Below, one piece after another: positions 26,211 to 39,656 of a DNA stretch of 64,000 nt. How positions within the stretch are numbered: the first letter of the stretch is position 1; each line of letters begins with the position of its first letter. This stretch comes from Paramecium tetraurelia (Eukaryota): the NCBI GenBank assembly GCA_000165425.1, contig CT868174.1, positions 124,001-188,000 of the forward strand, read 5' to 3'. The notes below the pieces were generated by a model. It was not told the origin of the DNA and did no database searches. It worked only from the letters and a program-made list of their open reading frames with translations. The translations under genes were made by a program, and so were the position numbers.

Positions 26211-26399
26211 ATCTATTTAATAATTTTATTTATATATTTTTCATTATTCGTAATAATCCTAATAAATGTTGTCGGATATTTCAGTTTAATTCCCATTATT
26301 TCATCTTCCCCTATTATTTCAATTCTAATTTATTTTAGCATACACTAAATAATAGACAAACTTAATATCTAAAATAAATAATAAATTATTTATAGTAAT

Positions 26400-26622
26400 T
26401 TGATCCAAAGATAAAGTCTAGGATATATTTAAACTACTAAATGGTGTTGGTTAAATAGCTAAAGGATATAATTATCTATATTTATCAACTTGGTTCTCCT
26501 TTACATTAAAGGAGAATCAATAACTGCTCCACTAATTGGACTATTATTCTCTTCCACTTTAGATTCATTTTTTAAGTTGATTCACTATGAATGTGTATTT
26601 TTTTTGGATGAGAACACTCCAT
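26400..26622 (-). pseudogene. decayed small (MGC-type-like) gene
   Basis: MECSHPKK start, then a frameshift into ..EENNSPISGAVIDSPLMQRRTK; 3' end unclear. Confidence 0.3.
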
Positions 26623-27116
26623 ATTTTATAATATATTAAAGATTCCGACTGATTGACTTCTAATTTTCTTTCAATTATTCTAAATACATTTACAATCTAA
26701 TATAAGCTTCTCATTTTATTAGAGTTCTTTTCAAAATATTGAATTCGATGGTATGCTTATCAATTTGTATATTTGATAGTTTGGAATTGATAAATATGAT
26801 TATTCTCATATTATTAAATTTATAATAGGATTTTTAATAAATAATACTAAAAATTAACTTAACTAAAAAGTGGTTTAATATTTGTGAATTATCACATTAT
26901 TAGTATATGTCACAATTTATATTCTAAATAAAATTTATATAAACAAATTTGAATTCTATATCTGATTCTCTGAATTACTTTGAGGTATTTGTTAGAAAAG
27001 AGAGGTCTTTGGTTGATTGAATATATTTTAATAATATATATTATATTAGTTTAACACCTCTTTTTAAAAAGATTAAAAGGATTTTTAAATAATAAAAAAA
27101 ATTTGTTTTATTAGAG

Positions 27117-27627
27117 ATGGTAAGAACATCCATTAATTTTTCTAGGTGCTTGGAAAGTTCGTTGAAGTTGGAAGAGTTGTCAAGATCAACTATGGTCCAT
27201 AAGAAGGCAAATTGGCCACTATTGTTGAAATCCTCAACGACAAGAGAGTCCTCATTGATGGACCCACCACAGGAGTTTAAAGATAGGTCATCCCAATCAG
27301 AAGATTGACCCTTACAAAATTCAATCTTAAAGGTGCCACCAGAGGTGCTAGAACTGGTGTGATTACCAAGGCAATTAAAAAGAGTGACCCATTTGCACAA
27401 TATCAAAATACTAGTTGCTGCCAAGAAAGTTGCCAAGAAAGCTTTAAGAGCTAAATTAACAGATTTTGATAGATTTAGAGTTATGATTCTCAGAAAGAGA
27501 GTAATGCTATTTTCAATTATAAAAATAGAGAAGTGCACTCCTCAGTACCTAACTTAAATCTTTGAGAAAGAATAATGCTGGAGGAAAAGCAGCTGCTCAA
27601 GCTAAAGGAGGAAACAAGAAAAAATGA
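27117..27627 (+). CDS. RPL14: 60S ribosomal protein L14 (eL14); +1 indel near 27413
   Basis: First coding exon is the ATG only; FVEVGRVVKINYGP..IVEILNDKRVLIDGP..LTDFDRFRVM. Confidence 0.97.
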
Positions 27628-27688
27628 AAAAGCTTCATATAAAATAAGTATATTAATCATGTGAAATACAAAATCAAAATCTTTCTCT

Positions 27689-29124
27689 TCATTATATAAC
27701 TGTTTAATTTTCTGTTTGAAAATCCTGACTACTCCTTGAATCCTAACTTTTACTAGTGGCAGATCCTTATTTTTTAATCCTCGAAATTTAGGACTTATAA
27801 ATCTATGGCAAAATTAATCTCTATGTTCCAGTAAAATTTTGCTCGTAAATTTACTCTTTAGTTAATTCCTCAGGTATCTTTTCAATGTTCTTACGATAGA
27901 CTCCAGTGTTATCTGTGCCATCGTTCAACAACATTTGCCTTTCCACTTCATACTAATTCTTTCCTAATATTATTAGTTAATCATATCCATCAGTCTTATC
28001 AATTGATAACATGTGAGATTAATTGAACTAGCTTTTTTGCTTCTCAATCTTTTTCATTAAATATTCTTCACTTCGAAAGCTCTTAAAGGGTAATGAACTC
28101 TAATTCATATCAGAATCTGTATATTTTCTAAATCTACTGGAAATTGTTAATTGACTGCTATCAGGTAGAAAATTGGGTTTTCTGTAATATTCTATCCCTC
28201 CCTTATGACCACACACAGATGATTCTGTAAAAGCATTAGGCAAATCAGATCCCTGAATAACTTTAATATTTATACCACTATAAAATCGTATTTCATTTCA
28301 TTTTCTACAATCATTTATGTGTCCTTCATTTTGACTGTCATTTCATTTGATTAGTCAGGTTTTCTAAGAGTCATTTGCCAAACTCTTGGTCCAAATCTTT
28401 CATAATCAGTTTTAAGAGCATCAAATGCTGCAGCAGCTTCTAATCTTGTTCTATAATTTTCAGCTTATATCAATTGACAATCAGAAGGAAATCTGCCTAA
28501 TTTATTTGCTTGTTTTTAAGTAAAATCATTCCAGTATTATTCAATCCTATTATGCTTTTCCATGACTCTCTCTTATTTTGTAGCATTAGATCTCACGACA
28601 GGTTATAACTCTCTATACTAAATCTTTAATATATACTTCAATTTTCTTTCCTCCATATCGTTATTCATTTCTATTCTCTCTTTAATCCTCTCCAATTCCT
28701 AAAGCAATTGAGTTTTAGTGGTTAGTTGATCTCTTTTTTCCTTTTTGAATTTTCCAGAGCCTCCTCCTTTCTATTAGCTTTTTATATCGCTCTTGGCCAT
28801 GGACCTTTGATCTATATCAATTTTAGTCGATTATTTTTGTGGAAGTTATCGAAGATTAAATTCATCGAATTATGCTTACTTTTTACCATGCTTTGTTTTA
28901 TTGAACCAGTCAGGCTTACCTAAAATTGAGTGTTTGATGATTTCCCCCTTATCATTATACTTTGGACCTTTATCAATATTAAACTCGTCATTGATTTCTT
29001 GGAAAATATTTCTGTCGCTTTGTGTTTATGGCTCATTCATAACCAAATTCCTTGCAATGAATCGCTTTTGAATTGGTTTTAATCTATTTTCTTTTATTAA
29101 TATGTTATCTCTTTAAAAAGACAT
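27689..29124 (-). CDS. MYCBPAP-like (MYCBP-associated) coiled-coil protein, N-terminal part
   Basis: GPKYNDKGEIIKHSILGKPDWF and WQMTLR motifs; ORF closes at TGA 27689. Confidence 0.55.
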
Positions 29125-29383
29125 AATAAATATAAAAATAAAATAAAATAACTCCATAATTATTTGTTACCTTATAAAATTAAAACGATGAATATAAATT
29201 TAAATATAAGATTCCAGTTTAATTAAATTATAATATTCAATTTTTGAATTCTATTGGATGCAATCTGAGCAATTTGAATTGGAAAAATGTAATAAAATTT
29301 ATGTATGGTTGTTTGAATCAAATGGTAAATCAAGAGCATTAAAATAAATGACTCAACATATACATATATTTAATATAATATTT

Positions 29384-31780
29384 TCATTCAATTAAATGAA
29401 CTTATTTAAGAAAATCTTCAACATATTTAGATGCTAAATAAGCTTGATCTTCGATTTCAGATCTGGTATTTAATATAACTGTGCTAAGATTCTTGTTAAT
29501 CTCAAATTCAAAAAAGACTTAGCATTAGTGGGATCCATAGAAATACATTTTCAACACATTCTCCTCTTCTCCTGCTGCAATATTATACAGCCTGTATTAC
29601 TTGAATAATTATTCAATTGTAGTTTCATTGGCAATGTCATTTCGAACTAACATTCTTGTAAAGGTAGCACTAATATAGATGATTTAATTGATACCCGTCA
29701 TTTAAATTAGTCCACATATTCTCAAAATGATCAGCATCAATAGTAAAATTGACTATGAAGCTATCAACACCCAGATAATTCTGCGATTGAGGTTATTCAG
29801 AAATTTCAAGGAGATCATTAGTCTAGCTGTAGGTTTACTATTATGGATTGTCAATAACATCAGAGGTCTACTCTTAAGTAGCACTTGTTTGAGTTTGTTG
29901 TTGTTCTTAATTAAGATCCTACAACTCTTTGTTTCTTAGATTATTGAAGTACTCAATCGGTTTGATGAATTTGTTAACATTTTTCTCATAGATGACAGAC
30001 AAAGAATTAAATTCAAATAGAAGAGCTTCTTTATTTATGATAGTTTCTTCAAGGAATTTATCAACTTTGATGCTATATTGCCAAAGTTACTTGACTTCAG
30101 TTGGATTTGAATTTAAAGCTCTGTAATAAAATGCAGCTCTATCTTTTAGATCTATATCTTCATTCTCATTATCAATAATTACATAGAATAACTTACCCAA
30201 GACTTAGTGCATTTCTGGTGCTCTAACGAAAAACACTTTCAAACAAGATGTAAGGAGAGTATGCTTTAATTCAACTGATTCCTAGGCCCCTATGTATGTT
30301 TCTAGAATATAAGGAGCCAAAGGGATTTGGCTACCAAATTGGCCCAAAATATAAATCAATGCAATTTTTGAATTTGAATCTGTAATGTTATCAGATTGAA
30401 TAATTTCCAAACAATCTTTAACGTGCTTCGGTTCTTTTCTCAAGATGTCTTTGAATACAAGAATGACCTCATTTGTGATATAATCTTAGAGAGTAACAAA
30501 GGAAGATAATTATTTTACAATGGCAGTTGCTAAGTCTGGTAATCTTATGGCAATAGAACCCAAAGCTTAGATTGATTTCTTAGAGATTTCTTGATCAACG
30601 TCGGTAACATACTCTCCTAATTCATTAAGCATGTCTCCTAAATTGAAGTCACATGCAATCAATGATAGAATTTCAAGTTTAATTAATTTGATGTAGGTTG
30701 GTTCATCAACTCTGCAATAGAAGGATTTGTAATCAGATGCAAATACTGAGTTATATCCTTTGGATGCAATATATTTGATGTGACACAGAATTGTATACAT
30801 TATTTCAAAGTTGCCTTCACTAATTGAGGCCAAAGTAACTAATGGTAGTTTGACTCTGGTGATAACTTATTCATATATTTGAGGTTTGTTTTTAGTAAAG
30901 TTCATAAATACCTTGATAACTCCTAAAACAATTGCAGAGCAGGAATGTTTCAATCTCTCCTCTAAGAAATTCATGATGTTGAACATCTCCTTATCATCCT
31001 TTGGGGAGTATTTAGATAGCTCATCTAAAATGGTAGCCTATCCCCATTCATTAAACTCTTTCAATCTCCCTATTAAGTAATCAACCATCTTTTTGGATAA
31101 TGCCATCCCGCCTTCTTGTGCTAATATTTCATTTAGTGCATGGATGGCATTTATAATCACGAGAGGATCATTATCACTTATCATCTTATACAATTAGTCT
31201 TCGATATTATTTAATTGCTCTGGTTGCATGTAGAACACTTTCACACATCCCATAATTGCAGTTTTTCTGACATATGCATCAATATCTGATAATGCCTCCT
31301 TTATTGCAGGCATTAGAAATTCTATTGCACCACTGAATCTAAGCGAGCACAGATTTCTCAATGCAAATCCACGAATTTTTGGATCATTGTGTTTGCAATC
31401 CTTTTGAAATGTACTTATAGCCATGAATGCCATATCCTTGTTCTACTCAGCATAAGTGGTCAGATACAAATAAATCATCTTTTTCTATACCAGATCATTA
31501 GTATAAGAAGCCATGCACATTTCTGGGAATAATTTAGAAACATCGATTCCTAATTTAGTGTCTAATACTACCCAATGTCATGTAAGCAATCACCTTCTTA
31601 ACTACTTCTCTTTTCTTTTTGTCATCCTTTTCATTAATAGTATTCTTGACCAATCTATATTCGATGAATATATTGATACATTTTCAATTCATTCACTTCT
31701 CCTTTTCTATTACCCTCAAAATATTGTTATGGTTTAGTTGCAGACCCATTCTCGGTATTTGTTGCATAATTTGAACGCAT
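29384..31780 (-). CDS. AP4B1: beta-adaptin, AP-4 complex beta subunit
   Basis: KKVIAYMTLG|IDVSKLF, KKMIYLYL, DPKIRGFALRNLCSLR and DLKDRAAFYYR; C-terminal appendage. Confidence 0.88.
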
Positions 31781-32001
31781 ATTTATTTAATAAAACCTTA
31801 GAATTAATCAATAATGATTCAGTCTGCATTTTTCATTCCATTTGTTATTTCCAATAAATGTTGACTTAAATCATAAATAGAATTTACATTTAATTGTAAT
31901 ATTAATACACCACCATCTAATAGTTTTACTATTATATAAATATGATTATAGTATTAAATGAAATTGCTATAAAAATTAAGCATATATACTAATACTATAA
32001 A

Positions 32002-34082
32002 TCATTTTTATTTAAGAATAACATCCAATCTTTTAGTTCTACAAAGTGCACATCCCAAGACATGTTCCTATCCAGTTGGCATATGATCAACACCTAATGG
32101 ACATTATTTTGGCCCAGGACAAGGTTTACTCATGTTCGGATTTCTTCCACTATGGCAAGTTTCACAATAATGGATTTTTCCTCTAAATTTAGATTAAATA
32201 AATACAAACAAAACCAAACAGCAACAGAACAACAGAATCTGCACTTAAATTCAACGTATCTATAACCGTGCTTATTACATTTAGCCTCAAAAGAGATAGG
32301 GCAGCACCCTGGGCATATTAAATCTTCTTTATTGAATTAGATTCTGCCATAGTTCTCTGCACCTGCTAAACTATTTTTGATTCCTCCAAAATAAGGTTTA
32401 ATGCATTTAAAGCATTCATAAAAACAAAATTTATCCATTGCAAATTCCTAAGGTTTTTAATAATACGAACTTTCAGGATCTCTTAATTCTTGTGCTTATT
32501 TCTTTCCTTCTATACCTAATCTTTCAATACACAATTCCTATATCTATTATTTGAATTATATAGCTTCATTTAATTTTAACTAAATCTTCTGATGCTTGAC
32601 ATTCAACCATTTCTTACATGAAGGACATGTACAATATTCAAACGAAATCCTAGGTCCATTCCATTTGGCATCTAATTTCTTCAAAATGCATTCTTCATGA
32701 AAAATATGACCGCATTCTGTTTTAATACAGGGAGCAAACTTTAAGGGTTCAGTAAAACAGATATTGCAATAGTCGTTTGGATCTTAATTAGAGCAAAGTA
32801 AACATAAGCATTCTTCTCCCTAGACTCCATTACAACTATGACCACAATCTAATGTATTTTGACATACTCTTTATATTCTCCTTTAACAATATTCTTTATT
32901 ACAGACTTTTCCTTCACAAGGGAAATCACAAAGAATGCATTTATTTGTATGTTAAATAGTCTTGTATAATTAACAAGTCATACCAATATGATATGGAACT
33001 GCTTTACATTCTCTACATTGTTCAGTCTTACATTATTCACAGATAAATCTATTATTACCATAATTAATCGATGCCTCACCACTGATATTTTTACTCTATT
33101 TACTTTCATCTAATTCTTTGGAACTACCCTTATCAAAGGATGATTGAAATTGGCATTTAATGCATTCAACTATATTTTAATTTTTAAGTGCTAATCTTTT
33201 ATCCAAATCATCAAACATATCAATTCCAAGTACTTCTTTTAGTTCAAATTGCCTCATCTAAGCATTGCATCCAATCTCCTTACACATAATTTTACCATTA
33301 TTTTCAATATAATCTTCTCTTGCCAATCGATGAATGCAAAATTTACACATGACATGTCCGCAATTCTCTAAGAACCATAATTTTCCAAAATCTTAATTAA
33401 AATAAAAGGGTTTTCTGCAAGCTTCACATGCTAGCTTTTGATCTTATTGTTGTAAACTATTAATTTTTGATTGTTCTTAAATTATACTTGTTGGATCACG
33501 AGTTGTCATATTATTTGAACTTTTATCATCTTCTAAAAGGCGAGGTGAGAAAAGTGAAGAAGAAGCTTTATTATTTTAACTCAGATCTCCTAAATCAATT
33601 TTAAATGGCTATTACACATTGGCTTTGTTTTTTGAACGAAATCTTAGCACAATACTATTTTATTTGACTTCAACATTGTTTTATTTGATTTGAGAACTGG
33701 AAGACAATTTATTAGATTGATCAAAAGTTAAGTCTGAAATTATTGGCAATATTTATTTTCTGTAGCCTCCTATAAAGCAATAATATTTTATTTTACTTCT
33801 GTTTAGAACAATTTCTATTCTTTCTACTTGTAATTTTAGATCGCATAAGAAAGTTACTAATTGTTCAATTGGTATTTCTTCAACATTTCCTCTTTTGTAC
33901 ATATTGCAGAGGGGACTGTCACTATTAAATTCTTAACAACAATCAATGTGTCGAATGATTTAACTCTCTTATTCTAATTCCTTTCTAAAAGAGCAAGGAC
34001 ACTCAAAGTACATATTCTGAACTATTAGTTATAAATTTAATACAATACACTTTATTGTTTTTAAATATTAATTTGCATACAT
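32002..34082 (-). CDS. multi-zinc-finger E3 ligase: RING/IBR-like modules + MYCBP2/PHR-type RING-Cys-relay (RCR) domain
   Basis: CNICFTEPLKFAPCIKTECGHIFHEECI..KWNGPRISF..CPSCK; YECFKCIKPYFGG; CNKHG..EFKCRFCCSVAVWFC; CPLGVDHMPTGQEHVLGCALCR. Confidence 0.9.
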
Positions 34083-34267
34083 TATTTATATATAATGCTT
34101 TTCTATATTATTTAGAAATCCAATGGTTCTAATTTACTTGCATGCTAACTAGTTTAGATTGAATAATAGATGGGACTACATGGTAAATGGGTGAAAATCT
34201 ACATATTTGCAATGTAAATATAAAGAATTATGAAAATGTTATATAATAATTTTCCTTAATAAAAATA

Positions 34268-34690
<423 letters not shown>

Positions 34691-34747
34691 TTTTAATATA
34701 AAAAATGTGACTCAAAAATTGGCACACAAAAAACATCGAACCTCTCA

Positions 34748-34760
34748 TTTGATTGGTGGA
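34748..34760 (-). promoter_or_regulatory. CCAAT box upstream of histone H3
   Basis: CCACCAATCAAA lies about 62 nt upstream of the H3 ATG, in the 89 nt divergent spacer. Confidence 0.4.
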
Positions 34761-34779
34761 TTTGGGATATATTATTTTA

Positions 34780-36921
34780 ATGAATTAAAACAAACAATAC
34801 AATCCTTATGCTCTGCCTCCAGATTTCAGTAATTACTCAATCCACAATTATGTTAGGTTTAGCCTAAGCTCATGCCAAGGCAAAATAAGTGGGATATTAG
34901 ACTCAAAATGAATAGGAATATTGTCCATGTTGCAATATGGCAATTAATAAAATACCGATTGGAGTCTGCGAGGACATCATCAGATTGCAGTTTTTAGGTA
35001 GATCCATTGATTGATTTTAGGCGAGGGAATCCCTTTATTCTTTCAATCAATCAAATTATATTCTATTCTATTACTACTAATCTTCGTTCTCGTCGGAATA
35101 TACAATATCATCACTACTTCTGACTTATGTTACAAGGAATATCATTTTAATTTGATGGATAGCCAAGAGAATGAAGAATAAGGATGTTACCATTTTATAG
35201 GAGTGGCATACACTGTAAATAAAACTGAATTGTAATTAACCATTCAGGCCGTCTTAGCATTCCTTGGAACATTCCTTGCGACAGGTGGCTTATTCTTAAT
35301 TAAATGGTTCTAATAAAGAAATCTTCATTACTCTATAAATAGTTCACCAAGTGATTTTACGATCTTATTAAGAAACTATCCTTACATTCATGAGAGACAC
35401 CAGATTGAATAATATTTTATGAAATACTTCAACATTAACCCAGCATCCATAGTTAAAATAATACGTCCTTTGAATATTTAAGATTACATGAATGATTAGA
35501 AGAAAAAGAATGAAAAGTTGAAAGAATAACAGAGAATCTATGCTTTGATGACACGACCATAAGAAGTCAGAGAGAAAAATGATATTTTAAATAAGTTAAT
35601 GCTTGAAATCTAAGTATTAGACAAATAGATTTCTCTATTTGAGTAATAAGTCACTCTCAATAATTTATATCAAAGAACTGATTATGTTTTAGTAACATTA
35701 TAAGAGGAAAATCTAGTTGATTAAATTCTAGACACATGTAACTAAAGTCGATGGTATGAAGTAATGATGGATTATCTTGGGTGTTGTGATAAATTGCTTT
35801 ATTATTTGAATAATGATAAATAGCAATGGAAGTTTATAAATGGATAAAGAATTTATATAAGAAGAGCACCTGAACCTTTAGATATAATTTGGTAAAATTT
35901 CAATACAAGTCATTCATAAAAAAGATGCAAAAGACTGTTGGCTTTAAGTTTAAACTTTCTAGTTGTTCTGGTAGGAGCCTTTGTTGTTTATGGAATTTCA
36001 TATACTCAAAATTAAGCAAAGAGTAGTGATTCATTTTATGTAAAATACGTTTTGTCAGGTTTGTGTGCTTTGGCAATTTTAATTATTAATCAAATTTTGG
36101 AGTTTCTGATTAAGATCACTTCAAAGTACGAGAAGCATACCACCTATACTAATGAAACCAGAAGTGTTATGGTAACATAAACCATAATGCAATTCATAAA
36201 TACAGCTCTTGTGCCTTTTGGATTATTTATATTTACTGATTTTGATTAGAATAATTTAGCTGTCAGTCTATTTTTTATATTTTTAGGCAATCTCATCATA
36301 TTGCCAGTATTAGAAATATTCGACCCATTATATATCATTAAATTAATCAAATAGAACCAAATCCTTAAGGAATAAGATAAAAGATAGATTATTCTTACTT
36401 AACAACAAACACATGAACTATTTGAGGGACCTGATTATAGAATAGCAGACAAATATTCTACTATTTTCAAAAGCATATTGATGAGTATGTTTTATGTATG
36501 CATATTTCCATATGGAATGATGATGTAGATAGTGTCATTGTTTCTATATTATTGGGCATGCAAATATACATTGTTAAGAAGATGTTCTTATCCCCCAACC
36601 ATAAATAGAAATTTAAATGATTCTACTCTCCAATTATTAGGAATATCACCAATTTTGATATCTGCTGGGTCAGCCTGTTATTCATTTCTATTGATTTAAA
36701 CTTACAGTAACCTAATTCTGCATATTATAAATATGATAATATCTTGTATTTGTGTTGGAAGTTATCTATATTTTAGATTTGAATCCAAGGTTACTCATAC
36801 GGAATCAGCTCTTTGTTTGAATTACTTTGAGGAGAGAAAAAAGTTTTCAACAGATTATGAGAAATGTAATCCAATTACAATGAAACAAGCACAATTTTAA
36901 TAACAGTACAAATTAGAATGA
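34780..36921 (+). CDS. OSCA/TMEM63 (CSC1)-like multipass channel
   Basis: PPDFSLAQAH..CPCC; GEGIPLFF; SPSDFTILLRN; RAPEPLDIIWQN; about 10 hydrophobic segments; YWACKYTLLRR. Confidence 0.8.
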
Positions 36922-37066
36922 ATTAATTATTATTCAGACTTTTACTTAATTGCATTGCTTTTATAACTTATTTCAATATCTTCTAACTAATAAATTAATG
37001 TGTATAAATCAAGTGGAGTTAAAATATGAATGAACATGCAATCTATTATATATATTATTGATTTTA

Positions 37067-37456
37067 TCATTTAGCAAAGAGCTCTTTAAGTTTCTCTCTA
37101 ACTGTTCCTTCTATTTCTAGATCCTTCAGATACACCAACTGCCAAAAAGCATTGATCCATGAATCTTCAGCCTAATATCTTTAACATGGATCATTAAATA
37201 ATTCAATGCAGGAGTAGATACACAACACACATGCCACACATTCAAATCCAAAACAACAACACATGAATATACAGAATATGCCCTTCCACATAGCTGAAGC
37301 AGTTGCATCAAAAACTAGAAATATATAATAATCCAATTTACCATCTATACAAATTTAACATCCTCTAACGCAATTATTTAAAAAGCCATAATAATTGAGC
37401 CAGAAACAGCAAGTACAAACAGCGCATAGCCATCTCATTGTAGATTTTTCAACCAT
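37067..37456 (-). CDS. small Cys-rich membrane protein (about 120 aa)
   Basis: MVEKSTMRWLCAVCTCCFW..FCIFMCCCFGFECVACVLCIYSC..; one 27 nt intron; TGA at 37067. Confidence 0.7.
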
Positions 37457-37663
37457 CTTTGTAAATTTAATTTATTTGATGAATTCTGAATTATATTTTA
37501 CAAATTGGCAATAAGCACTCACAATTAACAATTCAACTCAAAAAAATATAACGGATATGAATTTAATCAACCCTATTTCAAATTAATTCTATTATGAAAA
37601 ATATTTGGCATCCAAAACTAAATTAGAACAAATTCAAACTAATTAATTATTGTGATAAATAGA

Positions 37664-38873
37664 ATGTAATCTGAAAATCAAGATTATGTGAGATGTAAAT
37701 ATTGCAAGCAAAAAATACATCAATGCTAGATGTTCGCACATAAACTGGAGTGCAACCTATAAAACCATCCTAATTACTAGTCTGAAATCAAATCTAGAAT
37801 CTCAGAAAATTAGTCTCAATTCTAATCTTAGAACAATCCCCAATAATAATCAAGAGTGCAATAAAGTTCCTCAAGAAATCCTGTTCAGTATGTGGAATCA
37901 CACATTTATTCTTCTGAATAAGATAACACCTTCAATTAAAATTCGATGATGAACAATCGAAGAAGGTCTGATTATCCAGATTAATAAATAAATGCTTCCG
38001 AAGCACAAAGGATGCGTTAATAGAATCGTAATTAATATACCGAGTCATTGTTGAAACAAGCATAGAAGAAATGCGAATACTGTGATCAAGAATACCCTAT
38101 ACAAATTTTAGAAGAACATTATCCTCATTGTGAAGCCAAAATGGTAATTGAATAGATGTCCATTGAAGGTGAACGAAATGAAAACTTTTATGAGTAATAG
38201 AATAATAATCCTTATGATAACACTTATCATTTAAATCAACAGCAAATTAACAATCAAAATGATATTTACTCCGATTAACCATAAAATAGAAATTAGAATA
38301 TAGTCACTGGAACTTAAATTGTAGTCTTACCAAATGGAACTAGAAGAAAAATTATCACTACCACAAATTTAGATACAGGATAAGTTATTGAAAAAAAAAT
38401 CATCATTGAATCTTAATCATAATCATAATCATAAACATAATAATTTTTGTAAATGCCTTCTTTTCCAATCACTTTTGGGAGAAACACGAACTAATAGAAC
38501 TAATATTTCAGCTTCTTGAATGAATTTCTACGTAATCCTTTTATGATGAATTAACGAAGAAGCAGATTTTCACTCATACCAATGATGTAAATTCAATCAA
38601 TATAATAGGACTACTTAGCATCATCGACACAATTAAGGGTTAGATAATTTAGCAATTATCAAATTTGTACCATATGATGGACTTTCTTAAGAGTATAAGT
38701 AATGCTCAATATGTATTAATAATTATGAAGATGGCGAGGAATTGATTCTGCTTCCTTGCATACATAGATTTCATAAGAAATGTATTTCGGAATGGTTTAA
38801 AAATCAAAGCACTTGTCCTATTTGCAAAACTGACATCACTTAATAGGAGATGGGATATGAAGAAGTTGATTGA
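37664..38873 (+). CDS. TRAF-type zinc fingers + C-terminal RING-H2 E3 ligase
   Basis: CKYCK..H..C; KCEYCDQEYP..EEH..C; CSICINNYEDGEELILLPCIHRFHKKCISEWF..CPICK. Confidence 0.85.
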
Positions 38874-38965
38874 CTATGATTACAATAATACAGTTCTAAA
38901 ATTATCCCAACTAAATTAATTGTTATGTTAATATATAAATTCTTAAAATTAATTACTGCGATATA

Positions 38966-39586
38966 TCAATCAATAATAATCTGTTTTCCACATTCGCAGT
39001 TATTAGTCTAGTTAATTATTTAGGAAAAGCAAATATGGTGATAAATTTAAAAGCAACATTTCATAATTAATATTTCTTCATCTAAAATAAAGTTTTTTTT
39101 GCAAGATTGACACATTTTTTTATCAAAGGTTTTGGCAAAAGGTTCAATCGAAAAATTTGATATTTTCACTAATTCCTCTCCTTTTTCTAATACTTCTCCA
39201 TAATTTTCCATTAATTCAAAATATTTTGTGAGTATTTCAAGTTTTTACCTTCCCTCTTCCTCTTATTAATCACTCTCATCTATTGAATTAAAGACTTAAG
39301 ATGGACACACAGATTGCAATAATGATTAATGCTATATTCTTATATCACATTATTAGATGTGCTATTCATATATTTCCAATGGGTAATCATCATCACAATA
39401 TTCACATTTTCTTACATTATGTAAAAATTGTTAATTCTAAATAATTGATTCTAGTTAATTATTATTTGACTACCCATGCTATTTTTAGTTACACACTTTT
39501 TCATGCTCTAAAATTTTCTTACCAACAAAAAAATTTTAACATTTAGGACATTATCGTTGTTATTAATCATCTATCAATTGATTCAT
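38966..39586 (-). CDS. shorter paralog with TRAF-type zinc fingers and a degenerate RING
   Basis: CPKC..HEKVC; KCEYCDDDYP..EQH..C; CQSCKK..KCCFQIYHHICF..CECG. Confidence 0.7.
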
Positions 39587-39656
39587 GTATGAGAATTATA
39601 AATTAAAATAATATAATAAATTAAATTAAATTATTTATTCTAAGTTAATCATTTCT

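Noticed and set aside
8855..27470. A common programmed +1 frameshift signal across the DSP, hydrolase, PDHB and RPL14 indels
   Set aside because: There is no shared slippery or stop motif; an insertion-only bias, often in homopolymers, fits base-calling errors better.
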